64,000 nucleotides of DNA from Verrucomicrobiota bacterium (GCA_045046875.1 JASFYY010000008.1:1-64000), one strand, 5' to 3'; positions 1-9,667 are shown, numbered from the stretch's first letter. Notes: generated by a model from the letters alone, not told the origin. Translations and numbers: made by a program.

Positions 1-116
1 AAAGCCTCCTTCTCATCATCCCCGAACAGCTTGTATTTCCCCGCCGTCCGGCTCACCACATGATAATAATTCGTCTGCCCCGCCTCACCCAACAAAAATT
101 CCCGCGTCTTTCTCAT
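1..116 (-). mobile_element. REP-associated tyrosine transposase (RAYT, Y1/HUH family), 5' end only; runs off the left edge of the window
   Basis: Not in the ORF track. Reverse complement from the ATG at 116 reads MRKTREFLLGEAGQTNYYHVVSRTAGKYKLFGDDEKEA, 29/38 identical to the N-terminus of the transposase at 27887-28948. Confidence 0.85.
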
Positions 117-231
117 AAAAACCACCCTATCAACCCCCTCCCCCTAACACAAGCATAAAACATAAATGAGGCCTGACCTATCACATATATTATTGCATGA
201 ACATGTAAATAGCCTTATTTTTTACGTATTC

Positions 232-1245
232 TTAATCTGTCAGTCCGCCAAAACAGCTGCCTTCAGGCATGGATTGGCCTCTTTGGAAAAGCCCCACATC
301 CATACGGGAGCGTCCTTCCAGCTGAACTTCTGACAGTTCCAAATAACCGTCACCTGTCATCACCCGCAATTGAGATCCCGAGCCTTCTTCACACGGCAAT
401 ATTGATCCGGGTTCAAAATCGACGAGCTTGTTACTCTGCCCATCATTGAAACCCCCTACCGTCACGGGAGGGAAAATTTTCAAGCGCTTAGCTCTCCCCT
501 TACTTTTACCCTTGCCCTCTTCTTGAAAAAATACAGTTCCGGTTCCCGGCCATGGGTCAAAAGCGCGTATTTTCCGCTCAATTTCAACTGCGGAGCGCGA
601 CCAGTCGATTACTCCATCTTCCCGGCTCAGTTTGCCGGTGTGACTCACCTTCTCCTCATTTTGCACTTCACGATCAGCTTCTCCGCTTTGCAGTAACGGC
701 AACGCCGAGGCCAAAGCCTTGGGACCCAATTGCGCCAAACGATCATGCAAAATCCCCCCGGTTTCATCCGCAGCAAGCTCTATCGTTTCTTTCCAAATCA
801 TATCGCCCGCATCCAATTTGCGCGCAATGTGCATCACGGTGATGCCGCTTTTTTCATCACCCGCTAGGATCGCAGCTTGAATCGGAGCTGCCCCACGGTG
901 TTTCGGCAACAAGGATGCATGCAAATTGATACAGGCAATCGAAGGCACCTCAATCACAACTTGCGGCAGCAAGCAGCCATAAGCCATCACCACGATCAAA
1001 TCTGGCTCCATATCTTGAAGCTGCTGCAAAATTGCAGGGTTCCGCCTCAAGCTTTCCGGCTGAAAAACCGGCACATCTCGTTCGAGAGCGAGTATCTTCG
1101 TCACCGTTGCCGTCAGCACCTGCTTACGCCCCACCGGACGATCCGGTTGAGTGAAAACCGCAAGCACTTCATGCTCCGGTTCATCAATCAGCCACTCCAG
1201 ACTGGGAAGACCAATCTCCCCTGCTCCCATCCATACAACGCGCAT
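232..1245 (-). CDS. fmt: Methionyl-tRNA formyltransferase
   Basis: Formyltransferase motifs VFTQPDRPVGR, MAYG, INLHASLLPKHRGAAPIQ, LDAGD; C-terminal IDW...IRAFDPWPG and QLEGR. Confidence 0.96.
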   Translation of the reverse strand: MRVVWMGAGEIGLPSLEWLIDEPEHEVLAVFTQPDRPVGRKQVLTATVTKILALERDVPVFQPESLRRNPAILQQLQDMEPDLIVVMAYGCLLPQVVIEVPSIACINLHASLLPKHRGAAPIQAAILAGDEKSGITVMHIARKLDAGDMIWKETIELAADETGGILHDRLAQLGPKALASALPLLQSGEADREVQNEEKVSHTGKLSREDGVIDWSRSAVEIERKIRAFDPWPGTGTVFFQEEGKGKSKGRAKRLKIFPPVTVGGFNDGQSNKLVDFEPGSILPCEEGSGSQLRVMTGDGYLELSEVQLEGRSRMDVGLFQRGQSMPEGSCFGGLTD

Positions 1246-1266
1246 ATATTTATTTACCGTAAAAAA

Positions 1267-1899
1267 TCAAACAACCACTTCCATGCTTTTTTCCCATTCC
1301 GGGAGTTTCATAATGCCTGATAAAATATCGGACAAAACTTGCACCGGCGGACGAGCCGCATCGATTTCCGTAATGATATCTTTCGAATAGTGCTTTAACA
1401 GTTCCTTGGACTCCTCTTCGTAAGTTTTTACCCGTCTGGCGATCACTTCGTCGCTGGCATCATCCAACCGATTATCCTTGAGCGCCCGTTTCCGTAAACG
1501 CCGCGTCAACTCTTCACGGTCAGGCACCGACAGGTGAAACAGCTGGATCACATTCAGATATTTCTCCATGATTCTGGCCTGCTCCACATTGCGGGGAATT
1601 CCATCGAGAATCAGAAAATCAATATCAGGCTTAAAAACATGCGCCTCCACCTGATTATCAATCTGAGCTTTCCAAAACCTTACCGTGACTTCATCCGGCA
1701 CCAATTTCCCCTCACTGGAATACTTTAGAAATTCCTGCCCGATCTCAGTTCGGGTATCCATCGAGCGAAACGCATCGCCGCAGGCAAAATGAAACATCCG
1801 GGGAATACTGCCGAGAGTCACCCCTTGAGTCCCTTTACCACTGCCAGGCGCCCCGAATATGAGGAAGGTGTTGTATTTTTCTGGAAATTTGTAACTCAT
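1267..1899 (-). CDS. adk: Adenylate kinase / nucleoside monophosphate kinase (short LID)
   Basis: P-loop GAPGSGKGTQ, GKLVPD, LDGIPRN, R-x-DD. Start moved to the ATG at 1899 (MSYKFPEKY) rather than 1995. Confidence 0.88.
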   Translation of the reverse strand: MSYKFPEKYNTFLIFGAPGSGKGTQGVTLGSIPRMFHFACGDAFRSMDTRTEIGQEFLKYSSEGKLVPDEVTVRFWKAQIDNQVEAHVFKPDIDFLILDGIPRNVEQARIMEKYLNVIQLFHLSVPDREELTRRLRKRALKDNRLDDASDEVIARRVKTYEEESKELLKHYSKDIITEIDAARPPVQVLSDILSGIMKLPEWEKSMEVVV

Positions 1900-2014
1900 G
1901 GTTTTTATAGGAATATGGCAGTCATCGCGTTCATTCCGAATTCGAATGCAGTTTCCACTGTCAGAATTAATAATCACAGTTAAACTGCCATGCAATCCTG
2001 AATCTCATTTTCCA

Positions 2015-3316
2015 TTGATTAAAAAATTTAGCCTATTCCTCGCTCTACGGTATTTAAAGCCCAAGAGAAGCTTTGTCTCGGTCATCACCCTGATTTCCAT
2101 CATGGGAGTTGCACTGGGCGTCACCTTGTTGCTTGTCGTGATTTCGGTCTTCACCGGATACGGAGAGCGCATCAAGGAAACCATCCTCGGTTTCGAACCG
2201 CACGTGATTGTCGACTCCGGCCAGATTATTTATGATTCCGACCTGCTCAGCGAACAAATAAGTGAAGTTCCCAGTGTCGTCTCGGTGACCCCTTTCATGC
2301 AGGGCGCCGTGATCCTCGACTTCAATGGCCAACGCCTCGCCCCTCAATTACGAGGCATCAGACCCGACCCCGGCCCCAATACGGAGCGAATGAAAAAAAT
2401 CGTAGCCAAAGGTTACGGAAAATATGATCTCGATCTCGATACCGCCATCATCGGCGATCAAATGGCCAACAGCCTCGGCATTCGTGTGGGTGATGTGATC
2501 ACCATCTACTCCCCCAATATCGACGCCGTATTGGATGCGGTCGATGCATTCAACGCCACCACCGATGAAAAAGAAAAAAGAAACGCCATCGAATCCATTC
2601 GCCAAATCAGCTTGCCTCAGGAATTAACGATCACCGGCATCTTTAATTCCGGCCACAATGACTTCGACAGCAACATCGTCTTTGTCCATCTCGAAACCGG
2701 CCAGGCATTATACAACCTGCGCGACGGCGTTCACGGCCTGGCCATCCAGACTGAAGACAGCTTCCTCGCCCACCAAACCCGTGACGCGATCGCCGAAGCC
2801 ACTGATTACCGTTACCGCGTGGTCAGCTGGATGGATCGCAATCAGCAAATATTTGACGCTGTCGCCACCGAACGACAAGCGATGTATTTCCTCCTGTTCA
2901 TGGTCATGATCGTCGCCGCCTTCTGCATCATGAACACCATGATCACCGTGGTGTATCAAAAACGAGCCGAAATCGGATTACTCAAAGCCATCGGCGCATC
3001 AGAACGACAAATTGCCTCTTTGTTTCTGTTCCAAGGAATCGTCGTAGGCGTGATTGGAGTCGTCGTCGGACTTGCTTTGGCTTTTTTGATCATCGCCTAC
3101 CGCAACCCCATCACCTCAACGATCGGGAAACTTTTTGGCATCGAAATATTTTCTTCCCAAGTCTACATGATTGAAGGCGGACTCCCCGCCGTGGTCACTC
3201 TCCATGACGTGATCGCCATCTCACTCGGAGCATTCATTTCCTGTGCAGTAGCCTCCCTGGCTCCAGCTTGGTTGGCCGCTCGATTAGAACCCGCCAAATC
3301 TTTGCGTTCCGAGTGA
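2015..3316 (+). CDS. LolC/LolE-family (FtsX/MacB-like) lipoprotein-releasing ABC transporter permease
   Basis: LALRYLKPKRSFVSVITLISIMGVALGV N-terminus, periplasmic domain, EIGLLKAIGA, C-terminal PAWLAARLEPAKSLR. Start uncertain (TTG at 2015). Confidence 0.9.
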   Translation: MIKKFSLFLALRYLKPKRSFVSVITLISIMGVALGVTLLLVVISVFTGYGERIKETILGFEPHVIVDSGQIIYDSDLLSEQISEVPSVVSVTPFMQGAVILDFNGQRLAPQLRGIRPDPGPNTERMKKIVAKGYGKYDLDLDTAIIGDQMANSLGIRVGDVITIYSPNIDAVLDAVDAFNATTDEKEKRNAIESIRQISLPQELTITGIFNSGHNDFDSNIVFVHLETGQALYNLRDGVHGLAIQTEDSFLAHQTRDAIAEATDYRYRVVSWMDRNQQIFDAVATERQAMYFLLFMVMIVAAFCIMNTMITVVYQKRAEIGLLKAIGASERQIASLFLFQGIVVGVIGVVVGLALAFLIIAYRNPITSTIGKLFGIEIFSSQVYMIEGGLPAVVTLHDVIAISLGAFISCAVASLAPAWLAARLEPAKSLRSE

Positions 3317-3345
3317 TAGGGAGCTACTAAAGTAATCATTTCCGG

Positions 3346-4191
3346 ATGCAAATTCACATCACAAAAGACGGCCAAAAACAGGGCCCATTCACCATCTACC
3401 GAATCAAAGAATTGATCGATGATGGCGACTTGTCCCCGGAAGACCTCGGCTGGCATGAAGGCCTCGACCAATGGTGTGCGCTGAAAGACATTCCCACAGT
3501 AGCCTCCACGCTAAAATCTCTCGGGAAAAAAAGTCCACAGACAAGTGATTTATCAGCGGATCAATCACCCAGGGACGAAACCGATCCCCAAACTTCCCTG
3601 CCCCTTCCTTCCCGCAATCCTAGCCCACAAAAAATTTCCAACTTGCTGCCCGCAAAAAATGTCCACCCTTTATTACGTTTCTGGGCAAGACTTTTTGATC
3701 TTCTTATCTTGAACCTACTGGTCAGTTTTGTATTTGGCCGCCCTCCCGTGCCCAAAGAAGGGGGCAACCTTCTCGAATTCTACAGTATGATCCCGAAGGA
3801 AGAGCAATTCCAATTGCTTCTAATCTGGGGTGGCTCATTTTTTGTTTGGAATTTTGTCGAAGCTCTGCTCATATCTTCATTTGCCACCACGCCTGGAAAA
3901 ATGTTGTTTAATATCAGAGTCACGCAAAAAAACGGAAAACTCCTCAGCTATTCACAAGCCATCGGACGTTCACTGCTCATCTGGTTTATCGGCGTCGGTT
4001 TCGGAATCTTTTTTCTACAGATCGTAGCGATGGCCTTCTCCCTTTTTTACCTACTCAACAAAGGCGAAACACTCTGGGATCGAAACTTGCAAACCCAAGT
4101 GCACCACCGCCCCCTCGGGCCGCAAAAAATCATTTTTGCGATTGGCGCCTACTTGGTTCTATTCTCCCTGCAATCACTTTTCCTGCCCTGA
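3346..4191 (+). CDS. RDD-family membrane protein with N-terminal GYF_2 (DUF4339)-like domain
   Basis: N-terminal GQKQGPF...LGWHEGLDQW; RDD core RFWARLFD...TPGKMLFNIRV...W-D. Confidence 0.85.
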   Translation: MQIHITKDGQKQGPFTIYRIKELIDDGDLSPEDLGWHEGLDQWCALKDIPTVASTLKSLGKKSPQTSDLSADQSPRDETDPQTSLPLPSRNPSPQKISNLLPAKNVHPLLRFWARLFDLLILNLLVSFVFGRPPVPKEGGNLLEFYSMIPKEEQFQLLLIWGGSFFVWNFVEALLISSFATTPGKMLFNIRVTQKNGKLLSYSQAIGRSLLIWFIGVGFGIFFLQIVAMAFSLFYLLNKGETLWDRNLQTQVHHRPLGPQKIIFAIGAYLVLFSLQSLFLP

Positions 4192-4198
4192 CTACCCG

Positions 4199-5803
4199 AT
4201 GCCCCAAGCCTGCCAAAATGCCCTGATTTTGCACTGCCATCTGCCATGGCTCAGGCATGCAGAGTCATTGCACTGCCCCGAAGAGGACTGGTATCTGGAT
4301 GTCATCAGCGAAAGCATTCTCCCCTTGTTGGAAATGCTACACCGCCTACGAGATGAAAGCGTGCCTTACAAGCTCACCTTGGCGATCACTCCCACTGTGT
4401 TAGCAATGATGCAGGATCCATTGCTACAAAAACGCACCGAAGCCCACCTCGACCGCAATCTCCATCTGGCTCTGACGGAAATCGAACGACGCACTCATCC
4501 TGAAAAAAGACCCCTCGCCCAGTGGTATGCGGATCACTATCACCGTTTACACTCTTATTACCGCGAACGCTGGAACCATGATCTGGTCGCCGCTCTTGCC
4601 GATTTGCGCAACAGCGGCCACTTAGAGATCCCCGCCAGTGCCGCCACCCATGCCCTGTTGCCACTGTTCTTAAAGTCTCCCGACGTCTTGCGCAGCCAGA
4701 TCAAAATAGGTTGCGACTTTTATCAAGATTGTTTTGGCGAAAAAAGCGAGCTTTTCTGGCTACCTGATTGCGCCTACTCCCCAGCCCTCGAACCTTTCCT
4801 GACAGCCGAAGGCATCCGGCACATCATCCTCGATGAGCACGCTCTGACCTACAGCAGACAAGCCTCCGCAGACTGCATCTACCATCCTGCGCAAAGCCCA
4901 AACGGAACCCGACTGACCTGCCGCAATGTCGCCAGTAGCCACGAGATTTTAAAACTAGAAGCAGGTTTGCTGCACGACACCCGCTACCGACAGGCTTACA
5001 AAATGTCCGGAAACGACACCCCGGTGAACGGCTTGCAAATCCACCTCGATGCCAGGCAACACAACCGGGTCGCCACCCTGAAAACCCTGTGCATGGATTC
5101 TGACCAGCTCTACGACCCTCAAGAAGGAAAAAAAGCCGCGATACAACACGCCACGCAGTTATTTAAATCCCAAACAACCCAATTTTCCAAACTCAAGGCG
5201 CAAGGTATCCTCCATCCTTCAGTGACCACGATTTATGAAGCCGAGCTGTTCGGCCATTGGCGCTTCGAAGGCATCCCTTTTCTCGAAGAGCTTCTCCGTC
5301 AGTTCACCAAACAGGATGAATTAGAACTCACCAGTGTTGCACAAATCAGCCAACCCAACCAAATCGAAACCGCGGCTACCATAAGCCCCGTGCCTAGTTC
5401 CTGGGGCGAAGGCGACTACTTCGAAAACTGGCTATCCCAGGAAAACGCCTGGATCTACCCCCACCTGTTGCGCCGGGCAGAACAACTGCAACGCACCATC
5501 GCCGCCTTGCAGCAGAACATTGAAGGCCTACCAGACCCACTTGCCGATCATCGCAGTCGTTGCGTCAGTCAAATGACCCGTGAATTGTTACTCGCTCAAT
5601 CCAGCGACTGGGCCTCCCTCATGCGCCAACCCACCACTCAGGCTTACGCCACCCACCGTTTCGAAAAACATCTGGAGAATTTTGACCAGGTGGCGGCGCT
5701 TTATTCCTCGAATGACGAATCGAACGCAAACCGATTACTTGCCATCGAAGAACAGAACCCTATTTTCCCTCATTTAAAATGGGACGCTTTTGCCAATTTT
5801 TAA
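4199..5803 (+). CDS. GH57-family 1,4-alpha-glucan branching enzyme-like protein (DUF1957 C-terminus) with substituted catalytic residues
   Basis: HCHLP, ATHALLP, WLPDCAY, YEAELFGHW, SSWG, LLAQSSDW motifs of GH57 branching enzymes. ATG at 4199. Confidence 0.85.
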   Translation: MPQACQNALILHCHLPWLRHAESLHCPEEDWYLDVISESILPLLEMLHRLRDESVPYKLTLAITPTVLAMMQDPLLQKRTEAHLDRNLHLALTEIERRTHPEKRPLAQWYADHYHRLHSYYRERWNHDLVAALADLRNSGHLEIPASAATHALLPLFLKSPDVLRSQIKIGCDFYQDCFGEKSELFWLPDCAYSPALEPFLTAEGIRHIILDEHALTYSRQASADCIYHPAQSPNGTRLTCRNVASSHEILKLEAGLLHDTRYRQAYKMSGNDTPVNGLQIHLDARQHNRVATLKTLCMDSDQLYDPQEGKKAAIQHATQLFKSQTTQFSKLKAQGILHPSVTTIYEAELFGHWRFEGIPFLEELLRQFTKQDELELTSVAQISQPNQIETAATISPVPSSWGEGDYFENWLSQENAWIYPHLLRRAEQLQRTIAALQQNIEGLPDPLADHRSRCVSQMTRELLLAQSSDWASLMRQPTTQAYATHRFEKHLENFDQVAALYSSNDESNANRLLAIEEQNPIFPHLKWDAFANF

Positions 5804-5907
5804 ATGCAAAAAATAAAACAAATCCTCTGGTAAAACCTTTGAATTTTTGCCAATTTTCGACAAACTCTTTATTCACATCCAAGCTCACATTCTGACTCCT
5901 GATTCCC

Positions 5908-6450
5908 ATGCCACAAGATATCGTCTATTTTGATCTCGAAACCCAAAAACTGGCCAACGATGTCGGCGGGTGGAATCACTTGGACAAAATGCGCATGTCA
6001 GTAGGCGTGACCTACAGCACCGCATTGGGCAAATACATTGTCTATGATGAGAGCAATGTCGATCAACTGATCGATCAACTTCTGAAAGCGGATCTGGTGG
6101 TCGGCTTCAATCACATATTTTTCGACTACGGAGTCTTGATGGGTTACACCGTGCTGGACCTTGCCGGCCAAACTAATAACCTGGACATGTTGCTCTACCT
6201 CGAAGAGAAACTCGGCCACCGAATGAAACTCGATGCCCTGGCTTCCGCTTCACTCGGAGCAGGAAAAAGCGCCGACGGTTTACAAGCTGTCAGATGGTGG
6301 CGTGAGGGAAAAATGAAAGAAATCGCCGAATATTGCTGTTTTGACGTGAAGGTCACATGGAAAGTCCACGCCTACGGCGTCGAGCATAACAAAGTCAAAT
6401 ACATCGGTCGCCACAGCCCCGAACCGTTGGAAGTCGAGGTCGATTGGTAG
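5908..6450 (+). CDS. Ribonuclease H-like (DEDD, YprB-like) exonuclease domain protein
   Basis: FDLETQ, VGFNHIFFDY, YCCFDV acidic motifs. Confidence 0.8.
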   Translation: MPQDIVYFDLETQKLANDVGGWNHLDKMRMSVGVTYSTALGKYIVYDESNVDQLIDQLLKADLVVGFNHIFFDYGVLMGYTVLDLAGQTNNLDMLLYLEEKLGHRMKLDALASASLGAGKSADGLQAVRWWREGKMKEIAEYCCFDVKVTWKVHAYGVEHNKVKYIGRHSPEPLEVEVDW

Positions 6451-6480
6451 GACATATTCATCACATTTCCTACGCAACTG

Positions 6481-7296
6481 CTACCAAGCCGCATCGCCTG
6501 CCCCCTCCCGCCGGTAAGTCGCAGGTGTTTTCCCTATTCGTTTACGAAAATGCTGAGTGAAACTACTGGCATCGACAAAACCGCACTGCAAAGCTATCTC
6601 GGAGGCACTGAGTGAACTTTCCTCCAACAGCCTTTGAGCAGTTACAATGCGCGTGACAATCAAAAATTCCTGCGGGCTGATCGCAAAGGTCGCCTTGAAT
6701 TGACGCTGTAATTGGCGCAACGATTGCCCCGCTGCCCTGGCTATATCCGTTATCGACACGGGCCGGGAAAAATCACGCCGGATAATCTCTACCGCTTTGG
6801 CAACACTTTGGTACACTGGCAATTTTCGGTCTGATTCATCCGGACTGCGCAACACCCCCATCACCCCTTGAACCTTTCCCTGCCGACTCAAAATGGGCAA
6901 TTTGGTGATCAGAAACCAATCAGGCAAACCTTGCCGATCCCACCACAATTCCATTCTCTCAATCCGTTGCCGCTCTCCCGAAAGTATTATTTTGTCGTCA
7001 TCCACATACGCACGAGCCATAATATCGGGATTCAAATCAAAATCAGTTCGGCCCAAAATCTCCGTATCATCCCGCATCTGATAACGATCAAGTAAACCCC
7101 GGCTAGCAAACATCAAATGACCTTCTTTGTCTTTAGCAAAGAAATGCAAACCTGGCAAATGATCAAACATCTCATGAAACCAAGCTGAGGGATCCAGTCC
7201 CTGCATCCACGATTCACGTTGCTCCCGCCAGCGCTCCACTTCCTCCTTTGATCGCTGCCGGCGAACCCGAGTTTGATAAGGTGTCGTATTTCGCAT
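6481..7296 (-). CDS. AraC-family transcriptional regulator with PAS domain
   Basis: FFAKDKEG...GRTDFD PAS region; C-terminal double HTH (SLRQLQRQF, IALQCGFVDASSFTQHFRK). Start uncertain. Confidence 0.9.
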   Translation of the reverse strand: MRNTTPYQTRVRRQRSKEEVERWREQRESWMQGLDPSAWFHEMFDHLPGLHFFAKDKEGHLMFASRGLLDRYQMRDDTEILGRTDFDLNPDIMARAYVDDDKIILSGERQRIERMELWWDRQGLPDWFLITKLPILSRQGKVQGVMGVLRSPDESDRKLPVYQSVAKAVEIIRRDFSRPVSITDIARAAGQSLRQLQRQFKATFAISPQEFLIVTRIVTAQRLLEESSLSASEIALQCGFVDASSFTQHFRKRIGKTPATYRREGAGDAAW

Positions 7297-7308
7297 ATTT
7301 TTTGTCGT
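7282..7308 (+). promoter_or_regulatory. Putative AraC-type tandem binding site (TGTCGT direct repeat, 21 bp apart)
   Basis: TGTCGT at 7282 and 7303, in the divergent region between the AraC gene and the HPS-like operon. Confidence 0.35.
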
Positions 7309-7334
7309 TGCATCATCGACCAATTCCCCCTCAT

Positions 7335-8048
7335 ATGTCAAGCATGCAAAAGTCCTCCGAAAAATCCATTGTCCAGATCTCTCTCGACCTCACCAACATC
7401 AAAGAAGCCCTCGAAACCGCCGAGATGGCACTACGTGCGGGGGTCGATTGGCTGGAAGCCGGCACGCCACTTATTCTGGCCGAAGGCCTGCATGGCGTGC
7501 GCGCCTTGCATGAACGTTTTCCCGACACCCCGATTGTTGCCGATCTCAAAACCATGGATGGCGGATACCTCGAAGCACAAATGATGGCTGAAGCCGGAGC
7601 CTCCCATGTAGTCGTGATGTCCCAGGCCCACGAAGAAACGATCAAGTGTGTGGTTCAGGCTGGTGCCGATTTTGGAGTGGGCGTCATGGGTGACAATCTG
7701 GCTTCGCAGGACATGATCGCCGGTGCTCGACGTCTAGAGGACCTTGGTTGTGGTTTTGTCATCCACCACATTGGTTATGATGAACGCCGGGGCATCGCAG
7801 CTCGCGGCGAGCGCATGCCCAACCCGCTCGACCAGCTACGCGAAGTTGTCGGCGCGGTTTCGGTACCGGTGCAAGCCGTTGGGGGGCTCAGTCTGGAACA
7901 AGCCATTCAGTGCCCGGCATACGGTGCCCCTTTGGTTGTTCTTGGAGCTCCGCTCACCGTCGATGCCGATGCGTTCAAAACCGCCGATGGGGATCTGGAA
8001 GGTTCCCTGCGTTTGATTTGCGACGCGATCCACGGCTCTAGCAAATAA
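7335..8048 (+). CDS. 3-hexulose-6-phosphate synthase / KGPDC-like protein (OMP decarboxylase superfamily)
   Basis: VQISLD, WLEAGTPLI, ADLKTMDGG (DxKxxD), HHIGYD, AVGGL. ATG at 7335 or 7344. Confidence 0.88.
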   Translation: MSSMQKSSEKSIVQISLDLTNIKEALETAEMALRAGVDWLEAGTPLILAEGLHGVRALHERFPDTPIVADLKTMDGGYLEAQMMAEAGASHVVVMSQAHEETIKCVVQAGADFGVGVMGDNLASQDMIAGARRLEDLGCGFVIHHIGYDERRGIAARGERMPNPLDQLREVVGAVSVPVQAVGGLSLEQAIQCPAYGAPLVVLGAPLTVDADAFKTADGDLEGSLRLICDAIHGSSK

Positions 8049-8078
8049 GTTTTTTCAATCGCAAAACCACCACAGACC

Positions 8079-9110
8079 ATGTCATCAGCAGCTGTCATCA
8101 ATTTTGCCCCCGAAGCGGGCAGTGTAGAACTAAGAGAACTCGAACGCCCGGAAATCGGAGACGACGATGTTTTGCTCGAAGTCGCCGCCGTTGGAGTATG
8201 CGGCTCCGATCTTCATCAGTGGACTTCAAACCATTCCTGGCCAGTGAATTACCCAGTGGTACTCGGTCATGAATTCGGCGGCCACATCGTCGAAACCGGT
8301 GACCGGGTAAACACTTGGTCGGAAGGCGATCGAGTGGTTTCCGAAACCGCTGCCATCATCAATGGCGACAGCCCGCTGACTCGACGCGGCCTTTATAATC
8401 TCGACCCGGATCGTAAAGGTTTTGGTTATGGAGTCAACGGAGCCATGACCAAACACGTGCGCGTGCCTGCGCGCTGCCTGCACCACGTACCAGCTAACCT
8501 GCAACTCACACAAGCCTGCCTCACCGAACCCTGTTGCGTCGCCTACAGTGCCGTAGTCACCAATAGCCGCATCGAACCCGGCGACCGTGTGCTGGTCATC
8601 GGCCCTGGAACCATCGGCATCCTCTGCGCCGCGGTCGCCTCCATCCGTGGAGCTGACGTAGCGATTCTCGGCTTGGAATCCGATCGTAATCGCCTCGACA
8701 TCGCAGCGAAATCCTACGGCTGCACCCCCCTCACCAGCAACGAAGAAGCAAAAAACTGGGCCAACGACCGCGATGGCATGGGCGCCGATGTGATCATCGA
8801 TGCCGCCGGTGTTTCACCCACCCTGAAACTCAGCCTCGACCTCGTTCGGCCGGCCGGCTGGATCACCAAAGTCGGGTGGGGGCCCAAACCCCTCAATTTT
8901 TCACTCGACCCACTGATCCAAAAAAACGTCACCCTGCAAGGCTCCTTCTCACACAACTGGCCTATCTGGGAGCGCGTGCTTGCTTTATTAAGCTCTGGAA
9001 AACTCGATGTCGCACCGATCATCGGTGGCAGCTGGCCGTTAGAAGACTGGCACACCGCTTTTGAAAAAATGCACCAAGGTGAAGTTGTCAAATCCGTGTT
9101 AATTCCTTAG
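8079..9110 (+). CDS. Zinc-binding MDR dehydrogenase (sorbitol/iditol dehydrogenase-like)
   Basis: GVCGSDLH, GHEFGG, EPCCVA, GPGTIG Rossmann motif; structural-Zn Cys cluster absent. Confidence 0.9.
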   Translation: MSSAAVINFAPEAGSVELRELERPEIGDDDVLLEVAAVGVCGSDLHQWTSNHSWPVNYPVVLGHEFGGHIVETGDRVNTWSEGDRVVSETAAIINGDSPLTRRGLYNLDPDRKGFGYGVNGAMTKHVRVPARCLHHVPANLQLTQACLTEPCCVAYSAVVTNSRIEPGDRVLVIGPGTIGILCAAVASIRGADVAILGLESDRNRLDIAAKSYGCTPLTSNEEAKNWANDRDGMGADVIIDAAGVSPTLKLSLDLVRPAGWITKVGWGPKPLNFSLDPLIQKNVTLQGSFSHNWPIWERVLALLSSGKLDVAPIIGGSWPLEDWHTAFEKMHQGEVVKSVLIP

Positions 9111-9132
9111 ATTAGCCATATCCAAGAATCAC

Positions 9133-9651
9133 ATGGCTAATAAAAAAATCCCCGCACCTGCCCTTATCGGACTGTTTTTGTTTTTTGTAACAAACAGTTT
9201 TGCCATCGATTCCGTCAAAAAGAAAGCCGCATCCCCTTACGTCGCCACCAATAAGGATATTCTCACTTACACCAAACAAGCCATCGGCACCAAGGTCGGT
9301 CGGGGCGAGTGTTGGGATCTCGCGCAACAAGCTCTCGATTTTTCCGGCAGCCTCTGGCGACGCCCCCACCAATTTGGCTTTCCTTTAAAAAAAGGCGAAG
9401 CTGTTCTAGCTGGCGACATTGTGCAATTCCAATCCACTCGTTTTGAATGGACTAAAGGCAATCAATCCGGCTGGAAACAACTTGGTTTTCCCAATCACAC
9501 ATCCATCGTCTACGCAGTGAAAGGTTCACAGATCCAACTTGCCCACCAAAACGTCAATGGGGTCAAAAAGGTGGTGCTGGAAGTGATCGATTTGAAACAC
9601 ATCGTTTCCGGCACTTACCAGATCTACCGCCCTTATAAAAAGAACCACTAA
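9133..9651 (+). CDS. Secreted NlpC/P60/CHAP-like (papain-fold) Cys-His protein
   Basis: Signal peptide; VGRGECWDLA, GDIVQF, PNHTSIV, HQNVNG. Confidence 0.6.
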   Translation: MANKKIPAPALIGLFLFFVTNSFAIDSVKKKAASPYVATNKDILTYTKQAIGTKVGRGECWDLAQQALDFSGSLWRRPHQFGFPLKKGEAVLAGDIVQFQSTRFEWTKGNQSGWKQLGFPNHTSIVYAVKGSQIQLAHQNVNGVKKVVLEVIDLKHIVSGTYQIYRPYKKNH

Positions 9652-9667
9652 GCTTCCTTTTTTTCCT

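Noticed and set aside
7335..8048. RuMP methylotrophy/formaldehyde fixation call (hxlA)
   Set aside because: No hexuloisomerase or C1 genes nearby; the family also includes decarboxylases, so no symbol was assigned.
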